From contig NC_043001.1 of NCBI RefSeq assembly GCF_006345805.1, forward strand, positions 71,114,001 through 71,178,000: a stretch of DNA of 64,000 bases. Reading direction: 5' to 3'. Within the stretch, counting starts at the first letter, position 1, and each line of letters begins with the position of its first letter. Origin of the DNA: Octopus sinensis. Lineage: Eukaryota. Below are positions 26,197 to 38,874 of this stretch, in pieces. The notes under the pieces were generated by a model, which saw only the letters and a list, made by a program, of their open reading frames with translations, did not search any database and had not been told where the DNA came from. The translations under genes were made by a program, and so were the position numbers.

Positions 26197-27558
26197 ATTC
26201 TTTCTTTATTACAGGCACAAGGCGGGAATATAAAACATATGAAGGATGATTGTGAAATGAGTAATTTACAATGCAAATGAGACGGCCATCTCGCTCCTGC
26301 TGCAAGAGGAAACCGTACATTCCTTTTCCTTAAACTTTTACACAACATCTAGCCTCCTCCGAGGCGAAAGCGCGACTTCCCTTTTCGCTTTTGCCTTACA
26401 ATTGTTCATATAGTATTTACTTCTTATTTTTTCCTTTTTTAAACTAAAGTCAACGAAATGTATATTACAATATTTTAAAGACATTTTGGCAACCTGTTCA
26501 ATTTCTTTGCTGGTACTTCCTCTGGTAAATTTCCTCTATTTCTCCTCTTGGATTGGGTTTCTTCTTCCATTCCTTTACTTTTATTCAATTCCACTGTCAT
26601 CGGTGACTTTCTACTCTCTCTTTTCCTGTGTTTTACCTCCGCAAAATCACCATCTTGTTCTGTTTTCTATTTCTGCTTTCTTTCTATCACTATATCTTCC
26701 TGAACACTCTCTCCTACAATTTTCAGTACTGTTCTAGGGCATTTCCTTCTCAGGTGCCCTCTTTCACCGCATTCGTAACATTTTGGGTATCTCCCCTCCA
26801 ACATTATTTTCAGTTTTTCACCGTTTGATAATTCCAAAGTTTCCGCCATTTCATCATAGGCTTACTGCGCAGATAATTTTGATACCATAACCCCAACAAT
26901 TCAATTGTTGTGTTCTGCTTACTATGCCAATCCTCAGGTTTTCTCCATTCTTCCTCAGCTCTGAATTAAAAGTTGCAGCTATTATCCATTCTGTGTCTGT
27001 CGACGGTGAGATTCTTCACGCCCTGACCCTGACGATTCTTTGCCCCAACAGTCTGGTATCAACGTCCATTTCTCCCCATGCAACATCGTGTTACCAGATT
27101 TTTTCGCCTCCTCTTCTGAAGGAAAAGTTACTACTATAGTTCCATATCTTCTTCCTCTTGTAAGAAAACGTTATCTTCTCTTCCATGTTCACCACCAATA
27201 TTTCCTCTATCTCTTCCTGCGGCGCGTGTTCCATTCTCCCATTTTCATTCGAAAATGTTCTGAATATTACCGTCTGGCTTTCTATATTTCTTTTTTCCTC
27301 CTCTGGCAGGGCCATTTTTATGTCTGACTCTTCCTTCTTTATCATATCACAATACTTGGTTATTTTCTCTTCATTACACTCCAACATCTCCGGCTTTAGC
27401 ACACGTGGGTCTATAGTATCTCGACCTCCAGTAGCTTCTGCGTAACTCTTCCTTTTTCAATAATTCACTACCACCCAACGATGGTGGCCTCGCAAAAGAA
27501 ATCCCGCTCAGTATTCTTCAAAAACAACAAAAACCGAGCCTGGTGGAGATGACTGTAG
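26197..27558 (-). mobile_element. ORF1-only Tx1/L1-like non-LTR element (5' UTR, gag-like ORF1 relic, 3' end, no ORF2)
   Basis: Starts CAGTCATC. ORF1 relic has KSYAEA, RIVRVR..EWIIAA and a zinc knuckle CYECGERGHLRRKC (26667-26849). Ends GCCTTGTGCCTGTAATAAAGAA, similar to the Tx1-like termini at 6090 and 45055. Confidence 0.65.
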
Positions 27559-27811
27559 CTCGCCTTGGCCCGCAACATATATATTTCAGGCGAACACACA
27601 GTCACTGATTTTGCAACAAGCAAAAATGCTAGTTCTAAAATCCCTCTAAGAGATCAACACAGCAGTTCTACTGACAAGTAAGATTCCTAGCCACTTCAAC
27701 ACGCTCGCAATTTATCAGATGCAGCTCTGCATCGTTAACTCTTGGGGTTAAAAAATCGCAGTAGACTCCGTTCGAACAGACAGCCATATTGAATTGGCTA
27801 CGAATATTATA

Positions 27812-27858
<47 letters not shown>

Positions 27859-28021
27859 TATATATACGTATATATATATATATATACATATATATATGGC
27901 ATGTATGTATGTATGTACGCATGAATATATGCATGTATAAATGTATGTGTTTGTATGTATGCATGTATGCACATATGTATGTATGTATGAGTGTATGTAT
28001 GTACGTATGTATGTATGTATG

Positions 28022-28055
<34 letters not shown>

Positions 28056-28463
28056 TATGATTAAATTTAAATTTCGTTTTAAACAACGCTTTTGAAATGA
28101 CAAAGAAATTTAGACATGAAGACCATTTTCATTTATATTCCGCCTGTCTTCTTTAGCCACTTATATCTATCTTGGAATATTTTCCTCCATTGATTTCATA
28201 TATTTGTAGTCTGATTCTTTGTTTTCTGTTATATTTCCTTTACAATCACGTGGTTTCTCTCTACTGGAATTTCTATAATTCTATGGGGTATTATTTTCAT
28301 TGGAGATTCTTTCTGGTGGGATTTTTTATATTCGTTTAAGTTGTTCAGTCATTAAACTGCGACCATGCTGCAGCACCACTTCAACGGATTTAGTCGAATG
28401 AGGTTTTTATTTTATATTTTGTAATCCGACACTTTTTCTACTGGTTATATGAAGAACCGCTAT

Positions 28464-28618
28464 GTGACAGGCACAAACCATAATCGATTATGAAATGTAC
28501 CGGGGGCAGTATTTATATGCATATATGTGTGTGTGTGAATGGGTGTGTGCGTGTGCGTTAGTGACTTTAGATTTGTCCCCGGTACATTTCATAATCGATT
28601 ATGGTTTGTGCCTGTCAC
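28464..28618. repeat. 155-bp mini fold-back with 42-bp perfect inverted arms (MITE-like)
   Basis: GTGACAGGCACAAACCATAATCGATTATGAAATGTACCGGGG at 28464-28505 and its exact reverse complement at 28577-28618; (TG)-rich spacer. Confidence 0.8.
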
Positions 28619-29389
28619 TGTAGTTGCAGCTACCCAGTAATATATTGCAGCTAAAATATTTATTTCGTCACTTTTCAAGCAGATAAGACAACGGTTTGAC
28701 AGTTTGAAGCAGATAACCCTTAAATTAGAGAAAGCCCATAAGGGACAAGACGGAAAGAAAAACACATGGAATGTATCTAGCGTTACAACAAACAATGATG
28801 TATAAAACGTAAATAAATCATTACGCAACATTGATTCAGATGTCGACGAGTAGGAATCCACAAAAAAGAATTGTGTGTAGTTCGTTTTATTTTTATTGTG
28901 GATGGATTTAAACTAGCATATCACCAACTAGCATATCCATAGCAACAGGTTTGACGATCTCCTAATTTTATTATTAATGTTCCTTAAAAACGTTTGGCTT
29001 GCTAAACCTAACTCAGTCGGGTTAATTAGTCTTACTTTGGTCTATTATGCAAATCAGGTTTATGATTCCTCAGTGAAATGAATATCTCCCACTTGGCTAG
29101 CTACCATGTTAATAGAGTTGTAATTATTTATATCATATTTTTTATATTTATTCATAATGCTATTATTTAATGATGTATTATGCATATCTTTATCTACCTC
29201 TTATAGATTGCTAGTTTTGTCCGAGAATATAAACTTATATGAGTTTTTAAATAGTCATATATCTTTAGATTGAAAATGATTACAGCAAGGGTACTTACTA
29301 AACTTAATCGTGGAAATAAGGTTCAGTAATTTGGTCTCGAGAGAAACAAGGTCTTTGACATGTGAAGGAAATATGTGTGATTTAATATG

Positions 29390-29540
29390 AAGGCGACAGA
29401 TTGGCAGAATCTTTAGCATGCTGTACAAAATGCTTAGTTATTTCAACACGTTCTGAGTTCAAATGCTGCTGAGGTCGACTTTACGTTTCACTCATTTTGA
29501 GTTCGATGAATTAACAACCACTTGAACTTTGAGGTCGATA
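29390..29540 (+). mobile_element. Degenerate tRNA-derived SINE
   Basis: AGGCGACAGATTGGCAGAATCTTTAGCA...GTTCTGAGTTCAAATGCTGCTGAGGTCGACTTT, same family as 2789-3016. Confidence 0.7.
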
Positions 29541-29667
29541 TATTGTACAAGCGCAGGCCCGTAGAAATTGCTAGCTTTGTGCCAAAATTTGAAATCATTA
29601 ATATCATTATTAATGTAGTAGTAGTAGTAGCAGTAGTAGTAGAAGTAGCAGCAGCAGCAGCAGCAGT

Positions 29668-29710
<43 letters not shown>

Positions 29711-31784
29711 GCAGATTGTGGTGAGATAAGATGTGAATAAAGAATTGACTTGAATATCATATTCCCGTATGTTTCCCCTTTCAAACTGGTCACAGGAAAT
29801 CGTCTGAATGCAAAGTCATGTGATGGGCTGTTTTTATTTTACGTGGATTTGTGCTTGTGTATGTATATGTGCATATATATACTTGAACATGTATATATTT
29901 GTGTGTGTGTGCGCGCGCACGTATTTGTGTGTGTGTGTGTGTGTATGTGTGTTTTGTGCGTGATGGTACAATGCGATAGCATTGGTAAAAGATCAATATT
30001 TTCAGACATGTCTGTGGAAGGAGAAAATCTTGTAAATGAATAAAAGACTACGACCAGTGGGACCTCGTTATTCGGAACATTCTGAGAGACAGTGTTATGA
30101 AGATGATCGATATTTTTATGGAGGTAATCAGATGTAAAGAATTATCTTATTGCAAGTGAAATCACGACAATATCGGAGACTCTCTAGGTTTATTATAGTT
30201 CAAATCATTCCCTACCCACCTTGATTCAGCGCTTGGATATGTGGCACTTGACATGGGAATAATATTTTATTAACGTCATGACATGGATCTTTTGTTACAT
30301 ATTTCTTCTATTTCTTCATTTATTTACAATTCTCTGCGAAAGATTAGAAATATCTAAAGCGGTTGAATTATTTATAAAAGACAAGGAAGCATAAAATTTA
30401 TTGAAATATAGAATAATAAAATAAATGATAACGTATATTCCCATTATTTCATTTCAATTTTCCTCTATATGAGAAAATTTATTTTTAACTTTTTATTTCC
30501 TCTTAATATTATCTATTCATTTATTCATTTTCGTATTGCTGATATCTATAATTGAAAATGGAAGTAGAAAAACCAATTCTTATGAGAATAATTTAGAGGA
30601 AAACAGTATTATTTTTACTGAACATACACATGGAAATCCCATTCTTGTTAATTAGCAACAATGTTATATTATTGATAGAGCCAGGCTTGGATGGATCGGA
30701 CAATACTGGAATAAACTGCTATGCCGATTACGGGGATGTTTCCAAAATGCGTGACATGAATCTAAACTTTGAATTTTTCTCTCCAAGCACCTTAATGATG
30801 CAGCGTGTTTTCCTTGTTAATATGAAGCTCTCTGGGGTCTTAAACACTCTCTCTCTCTCCCTCACACACAGACACACACACACAATAAACACATACACTC
30901 ACTCCCTCTCTCTCTCTACCTTTCTCTCCCTCTTGCTTTCCGTCTCTCTCTCTTCATTTCTCCTTCTCTTCTTCTCTCTCATTTCTCTCTCTCCCTTTAT
31001 CTTTGTTCCTCTCCCTCTTCCCTATTCATTTCTCTCTCCCTCACTTTCCCCCTCTCCCTCTCACCCATTAATTTCTCTCTCACTCTCTTTCCCCCCTCTC
31101 CCTCGCCTCTATTCATTTCTCTTTCCCCCTCTCCTTCTTTCTCTATTACTCTTTATTTCTCTCTCTCCCTCGAACTCTATCCCTTCATTTCTCTTTCTCC
31201 CCCTTTCTCTCTTTCTTTTTCTCCTTCTCGCATAACCTCTTACATTATATCTCTCCCGCCAAGAAAAGGAAGAGCGTTGAGTTAAGGGAAAACATTTTTT
31301 TCTGATTTAAAATGTTAAAAAAATAACCACGGAAAGAAATCAAATGATTTGGCAGAAGTAGACGGACCGATGTACTGGATTGCCTGGGCAAAAAGAAAAT
31401 TGCCCTCAAATAGATACACGCCATTTAATAGCATCACCTCCCTTTGAGTGACTTCACGAGGGTGAATTTATTGAATGCACTACCTCATTTCTGTCTTTAT
31501 GCCTCTCTATAGATATTTTGACCAACAAATATCCAGTCTGGGTATCAGTCACGCACATCTCACACCCTTTGAGTGGAGACTGTTCGGAAACTTCATAGAA
31601 TCACCCTGTTTTTCTCAGAGACTAATCTTTGTTATCATTAATTCGTTGCCACTGAATGGATCCACGCGAATAAATTGATGGTTTAAAGCACGATGCCGAA
31701 AACTGGAGCTACAGAAAAACGTTGCATTTATTAACATCAATCTAAAACTGTTACTTTCATTCTTAGCGGTAAACTATACCATGA

Positions 31785-31925
31785 AGGCGGGAAGCTTGCA
31801 GAATCATTAGCACGTCGGACATAATGCTGAACAGTATTTCCTCTGGATATTTACATTCTGAGTTCAAATCACGCTGTGGTCAGCTTTGACTTTCGTCTCA
31901 TCGGGGTCGATGTATTCAACTTACC
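31785..31925 (+). mobile_element. Degenerate tRNA-derived SINE
   Basis: AAGGCGGGAAGCTTGCAGAATCATTAGCAC...TTCTGAGTTCAAATC...CGGGGTCGAT. Confidence 0.7.
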
Positions 31926-33299
31926 TACTCTTAAAATTTCTATCCTTGAACCATGTAAGAGACCAGCTTCTCGTTCGAGAGAATGTTGTGATCTCAGTCA
32001 CTTATACGCCCAGGATCAGAATAACCGGTCTTACGAAAAGACTTGTGAAAAGTATAAAAACCATATCATGGTGTAGTAGTTACATTCAGTTTAGTGAATT
32101 GTGGAAGGAAACATAATTTTAGTGTGGACACAGGTATTTATGACAAATGTGTTTCTTGTGTAGAACATTGCCAATACTGTTTTATGTCCCTTCCAATATA
32201 ATATTCAAACCATTAGCATAGATTTGAGTTTTAAACCTGATATTAATGAATTTTCATACTTTATTTAAATTCAGTGGTTATAAAATAAGTGAAACAACGG
32301 AATCGCTGCTTGCAGGTATTTCGGTAGATTTCTTTATCTCTGTCGTTCAACTCTAAGTTCTCTTTGCGCTTGTGTAAGATGAATAAATTTAAACCAAGAA
32401 ATATAATTGGTATAAGAGACTATACACCTTTCTCTAAATATTTAGACACCTGTCAATGTTTAAAACGATCATTAGGAGTGATTTACGTCAAAGGAAAGAT
32501 TTTTTATAGAGATTAAATGGTATGGAATAAAAGAACGAGACCAGTGGGACTATGTTACAAAGAATATAGACAATACTAAAGTAACTGACAGATATTTTTA
32601 TGGAGGTAATTAAAGGTAACGTATATTCTTATATCAAATGAAATCGCAAAACTATCACCAATTATCTAGGTATATTGTGGTTCGAACTACTTATATCATT
32701 GCTACAAAATGTCGTACTTACCGTGAGAATAGAATATATAATGATGCAAACATAAATAAACGGGGAAATGTGAAGAGAGACAGAGGGGGAGAGAGAGAAA
32801 GCGACAGAGACAATGACAGACAGAAAAAGTAAGTCAATTAAAGTGGCCATTAATTGATGCATCTGTACTTGAAGTGGAATTTGAATTATGACACCTGGAT
32901 TACTAGAAATTTTAAAAGGACAACGCCATATATAAAAGGAAATGACAGTAATATAAATAATAAGAATAAAATGGCAAAAATAATGACAACAGCAACAGCA
33001 ATAATGATGATAATAATTTCTAAGGTAAGCTTAAAGCTATTCATTTTGATGAAGAGAATAGTGAATGATTTTATCGACCAAGGCGTGGTTTTAGAACCAA
33101 ACTGCAAAGAAATGTATTTACGTACCGCACGAAATTTTGTTCACAATTATACTTATTTTGCAATTTACCGAACAAATACGATATTGGTGATGATAAATAG
33201 GAGGGAGGAGGCGTATTTCTTTATTGTGATCACGCGACATATATGCAGTGCCCCAAAACTCAATCCACCTAGACATTAAGGCTTCTTTTAATTGTTTAT

Positions 33300-33385
33300 G
33301 TCATTAGACCGTGGCCATGCTGCAGCACTGCCTTGGAGAATTTTTAGTCGGATGAATCGACCCCAATACTTTTTACTTTTAAAGT
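33300..33385 (-). mobile_element. SINE 3' fragment joining the V-like body to a CR1-like tail
   Basis: Minus strand reads AGTATTGGGGTCGATTCATCCGACTAAAAATTCTCCAAGGCAGTGCTGCAGCATGGCCACGGTCTAATGAC. Confidence 0.65.
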
Positions 33386-33399
33386 TGGTGCAAGTGGAA

Positions 33400-35410
33400 A
33401 AATGTCGGGGAGAGCGTAACAGCAGGTGTTTCTCAGAGGCGTAAACTCCTTTAGGCACGTGTTTCGGCCCTTAACTCCTGACACATCCGAGTCATGACTC
33501 CCGGATGCCCACCTGCTCTCCGTTTTAGTACGCCTTAGGTGGGATTGGTTACTCTGGTTTCTAGCACTACTGTGACGTGTGCTGCGGCCCTGAGGAGGGT
33601 TACGTTCCTGTTTCCAGCTGAGTACACTGGCTGAGTACACTGGTGAGCGCTCAGACGACCCAAGTGTGAGGTTCTTTTTTTTCTCACCGTCCCAGCGGGA
33701 TTCGACCCCGGATCGCCGGCTCCAGAGGCGCAGGCCTACACGACTACCCCAATGTGGCACTCTTTTGAATTGGGGCAAATTAAATCCTATGACGTTGACC
33801 TTTGTTCCTTCTAGACCAGATCCAACTTGAGGCTTTCTCCGCCGCTTCTCCCATGGCGCTCAAGATTCTAGTTCTATTTCTTCCAAAGATATACAGCTGT
33901 TTCATGAGGCTGTAGGCAGATGAGCATATACATCCCCTCTGCCAACCTCGAATGCAGGGACTTAGGTTTTGAATCTAGCGTCCGTCAGGTCTCTGGCCAA
34001 GTCGGTGTACTTTTCTGTCTTGTAAACATGGGCATCTTCACTCCTGGTTTCGTAGTGCACAGTGAATTCAATCAGGCCTTTGGCATTCTGGGAGTAGAGC
34101 ACTATGTCGGGTCTCGAACCTCTTTTCTTGATGTAGTTGTTCCACTCTGGGAGCTCTGCAGCGCACTCCCGATCATCTGCTTCACTGAGCAGGCCTTTCC
34201 GCAGGATCTGCGTGGAATTTTTGTAGTAGGCCAAGTTTTCTTGCTTCCTGCCGCATGAAACCATATCTCAGGTTCTGTGCGTCGTCCTTTGCTCTTGGTC
34301 GTATTGAATTCGACCACTTCGGCAATCTCTTTCAGGACTTGGTTGTGGCTCCAAGTATATCTCCCTTGAGTGAGGGCTGCTTTGCAAGAGCTGAGATCGT
34401 GCTCCACTGTATGTCTTCGGTTGCAGAGCGGAGAGGAGGGGTTCTCAGATTTCCCCCATTTTATCAGGGTGGAATTTGAGGGTAGGTCATACACTGATCT
34501 GGAGAATGAAGCTGATCCAGAGTGGAGCCATGTGCTACAGGTCGTTGCAGGTCAGGCCTCTTTGGAGAGCACTTTTCCATGTTGTCCATTGTGCCTACTG
34601 ACTTTGTTGCACTGCCTTCTGGAGCCTTCCTTTCTCTTCCTCTTCCCTGATCTCTTGGATTACCAAGTCTCTCTTTGCTTTTCCTTTAGTTTTGGACCAC
34701 AATTCCATTTTAGAGGATCCTAGTCCTTGTCTGTTGGCTTGAGTTCGCCCAGTGATCTCTCTCATCCTTAGGCTCTCCTTAGCTACCTCTACAGCTTCCT
34801 TCACCTTCCACGTCCTGCCTGTTTTCAGCTCTGGTTGGACAGCTCTCACAATCAGGTCCGTTGAATCTTCAAGCATGCTGAGGAGTCTGGCTTACCCTGC
34901 CTTATACCCTTGCAGGATGGATTTCAAAGGAAGTTTCAGCTTTGCCTGGCGGCAATAGAGTGTGACGTCTGTGAGACTGGGTGGGACGCCAAGCCATTTC
35001 CTTGTATACTTGTTGATTTTTGCTTCCATGGTTTCCATTGTGCCCGAGCAAATGTCAACAGTGGCCAGAGGAGTTTAGGAATGAGCAGGTACTGCAGGCA
35101 CCAGGCCTTGTATTTGTCAGGAAAGCTGCATGAACCTGTGGTCTCGGGGCGTTCCTTAGTTATTTTAATGGACTCTTTCCCTCGGTGTGTGTATTTCAGG
35201 GAGGCGTCATACTATCATTCCAGGATTTTGACTGGTTCCTCGGAAACTGTTGGGATGACTTGGTCCGCAACGCTGAAGGTCACTGACTCATCCATTTTTC
35301 TCTTGCGCAGGGATAGGTTTCTGGACTTCTTTGGTTTGAACATCGCTTTTTTTCTTGAACCGCTAGGTTACGGAGATGTAGATACACCAACACCTGCTGG
35401 CAAATGATGG
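33400..35410 (-). mobile_element. 5'-truncated RLE-type LINE, HERO/NeSL-like, frameshifted, with 3' UTR
   Basis: RT C-terminus (FKPKKSRNLSLRK, PTVSEEPVK, KYKAWCLQ), QANRQGLG, CCHC relic (PLCNRRHTVEHDLSSC..ALTQGRYTWSHNQVL) and restriction-like endonuclease RPDIVLYS..IEFTV..E..KY. Coding relic ~33780-35410. Confidence 0.88.
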
Positions 35411-35463
35411 TGGGGTACACACACACACACACTCACACACACATATATATATATTTATATATA

Positions 35464-35977
35464 TTTAAAAGTCTGTGAAAATTACGTGATACTATTTTAC
35501 TAAGTAAATAGATTTTTTTTAACAAAATTATTTGTTTTTATGTCATAAATACTTTATCAGAACGTTACCAATCTTTGTGGAATAAGTTTCGAATATCTTT
35601 TGAAAAACATGTGTTCTTGTATAAAGTATCAAAGAGGAAGGTGGTTTATTTTCGGACTTATGATTTTCATGAAGTATTCTGCCTTAGTCTTTCATAGTTA
35701 ATCATTTTTATCTAATATTTTGTAAAAGAGGAATATGTAAATATTATTTAGCATTGTTTATCATATGAAGTGTTGACTATTTTTGGTTTAGTTTCCGATT
35801 TAGAATTCTTATAAAGTGTTTTTCTGTTGCCTTTCATAATTTATCATTTTCATCCTTTACTTTGTAAAATGGAAATATTTTGAATTTTCAATGTACACAA
35901 ATATCTAATGTTCACAAGTATCTAAATTTTCCTGCCTCACCAATGTATATATATATATATATTATATATATATATAT

Positions 35978-36008
<31 letters not shown>

Positions 36009-36495
36009 TTATATATATTTAAAAGTCTGTGAAAATTACGTGATACTATTTTACTAAGTAAATAGATTTTTTTAACAAAATTATTTGTTTTTATGTCATA
36101 AATACTTTATCAGAACGTTACCAATCTTTGTGGAATAAGTTTCGAATATCTTTTGAAAAACATGTGTTCTTGTATAAAGTATCAAAGAGGAAGGTGGTTT
36201 ATTTTCGGACTTATGATTTTCATGAAGTATTCTGCCTTAGTCTTTCATAGTTAATCATTTTTATCTAATATTTTGTAAAAGAGGAATATGTAAATATTAT
36301 TTAGCATTGTTTATCATATGAAGTGTTGACTATTTTTGGTTTAGTTTCCGATTTAGAATTCTTATAAAGTGTTTTTCTGTTGCCTTTCATAATTTATCAT
36401 TTTCATCCTTTACTTTGTAAAATGGAAATATTTTGAATTTTCAATGTACACAAATATCTAATGTTCACAAGTATCTAAATTTTCCTGCCTCACCA

Positions 36496-36499
<4 letters not shown>
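35464..36499 (-). repeat. Near-identical tandem duplication (~482-bp unit, period ~554) of a PLE 3' end
   Basis: 35464-35946 and 36018-36499 match except for one T-run length and are separated by (TA)n. Minus strand starts YIGEAG...KFKIFPFYK, a GIY-YIG C-terminal relic. Confidence 0.85.
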
Positions 36500-36565
<66 letters not shown>

Positions 36566-36935
36566 TCGGCAAACTTCTTTTAGCTTCCGTGTCCCAAATC
36601 CACTCTCAATGTTTTGGTCAGCCTCAGGCTGTAGTAGAAGACAATTAGCCAAGTTGCCATGTAGTGGGACTGAACTTGTAAACATGTGGTCGCGAAGTAC
36701 ACTGCTTACAACCTAACCACGCTTTGTCCCCCAGTACCGCTTCACAAAGGTGTTAATTACTTATACTATTCGACAAAATTGAATAGCATAAGTACCAGAA
36801 TTAAAAATAAATATTGGAGTCAATCAATTCGACTAAAACATGATGCTAGATAGATAGATGCAAAAAATATATAATTTTCACAGCTACATTTATGTATGTA
36901 TGTATATATATGTATATATACATACATATATATGT

Positions 36936-36975
<40 letters not shown>

Positions 36976-37536
36976 TAACTAATTCTGAAATAGCCTTTAA
37001 GATATCTACGATTAACCATTGCAAGGGGAATTACTCCTGTAAGACAAACGGGGCTTGGTTTTCTCACAGCGGGGGGTTTCCTTGACAAGGCAGGCTCAGA
37101 TGAACACACACACACATAAAACATAATATATATATTTTTTTTTTTTTTCTCTCTGCCACCCAACGGTTATCACGGCAGTAGCCACTGACAGCCGAACGAT
37201 CAAACGCACACACGTACACAAAAAATGTTTTCTACCCTACGCCAACACACACATATATAGAACAGTATACACACACACACGTCTCTAAGTAGATTTTTTC
37301 TCGCCCCTTATAAAACATCCAATATCCTTAAATAGTCAGAACTTTATTCTCGGTCACAAAGAACATCTATACACCCTCACCCACATGATTGACCGATGCC
37401 TGACCCGTTGAATTCTTCAGCCACCGGTTCTCAACATACACTGATAAACAGTTTCGCCATGGGCTCTTAGGAGCACAGTTCGATTTGTTTTTTGCTCCGC
37501 CTCTGTTCTGTTTTTGTGTTTCCAACGGATTTCCTT

Positions 37537-37626
37537 TTTTCTTCCTGATGAGAAAGACACAATATGGTCCCATTATGCAATCGGATTTTGGTAATTTGTG
37601 CCTTTCGAAACACGTGTAGAATGAAA
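37537..37626 (+). ncRNA. Intact-looking minimal type I hammerhead ribozyme
   Basis: TTTTCTTC-CTGATGA (37545-37551)-GAAAGACACAA...TTGTGCCTTTC-GAAAC (37607-37611)-ACGT-GTA (37616-37618)-GAATGAAA. Helix II pairs 10 of 11, helix I 7 of 8, helix III palindrome ACACGTGT. Confidence 0.85.
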
Positions 37627-38344
37627 TAAAACGATTTCTGTTCAATCTGCGTTCAGCTCCATTTCTTCAATTCACCAATAATGTTTTAATTTCAATTGTC
37701 CGCACCAACGCACGGTTGCAACGCCAGATGTTGTACCTCCAACCGTGCTGTTTACTGCTGTGATTTTTGCTACAAGGTATCGGTTAAACTTTTGATAATC
37801 TACTACAAGATTATTCATCTTTCTATTTCACATAATATATATATATATATATATATATATACAAGCACACACACACACATATATATATTCATGACTGCAT
37901 ATGTATGTATGTATATATATATATATATATGTGTGTGTGTGCCTCTGTGTGTGTGTGTTGTATAAAATATCGTTTGTAACGCCAGAACAATGCGAAGTAA
38001 ATGCAAATATATGAATTAATGTAGACTTATCTCGCATTCAGTATGTCGGGGCTATCACCTCATCCTCAGGAAATTAAGGTATGTTGCAGATGTGCGTGTT
38101 TGTGAGTGTATGTGGAGTAGACATGCGCGGAAAGCTACTGTTATAGCAACCTACAAGTTTCCTGTGACTCTTCTTTGTTGTTGTTAGTTGGTTTACTTTG
38201 ATGTATATGGATGAACTCGTAGAGTCTAAGGTTGCCCCTGCTGCGCCGTGTTGCCCTGGTGTCTGTTGTATTTAACTCGTTTATTTACATATTTCATGTT
38301 ATATGCACCATTGGTGACGTTCTGTACCCACATATGCATGTATC

Positions 38345-38395
<51 letters not shown>

Positions 38396-38874
38396 ACACA
38401 TCAAATATAAGATAAAAGTTTTCGAAAAAAATTCTATCAATGGCCAGCATATTAAAAATTTCCTTTAAAGGTTAAATTCATAAACAAGGGCAAAAAAATT
38501 TTTCTAATGCCAAATATGCCGAAAATAGACACATCGTCAATAACCATATAATTCATCACTATAAGGACGCGTCTCGAAGAAAGCCAACAGAAATTACTAA
38601 GAAATTCTGTTATTATCGTATCGGACCCTATTTCAGAGTTAATTCATAAGAACCTTCTCTTCTTCAGCGATAAATGCAGCAAAGAAATAAATGAAATACT
38701 TATACCCATGGAAGAAGCAAACACTAAGTTATGAGCACAATTAAGTACCCCAAATATATCCAAAATCGAAATTCTCCAGCACACCGCGAGACACGGGTGA
38801 TCGGACTGAAAACTCTCATAGAGTGAGAGAGTCCGGAAATGAACACTATTAAATTTACATCTAACATAGGAAAA

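Noticed and set aside
30150-30170. Shared in-frame TGA (SYCK*N / SYIK*N) in the duplicated segment, suggesting selenocysteine
   Set aside because: No SECIS-like structure identified, other stops and a frameshift are present, and DNA-level similarity explains the shared TGA.
33344-33778. 144-aa minus-strand ORF
   Set aside because: Lies in the 3' UTR of the HERO-like LINE and runs into a SINE fragment; no coding signature.
38042-38078. Plus-strand exon-like segment with GTATGT donor (MSGLSPHPQEIK)
   Set aside because: Too short to distinguish from chance without transcript data.
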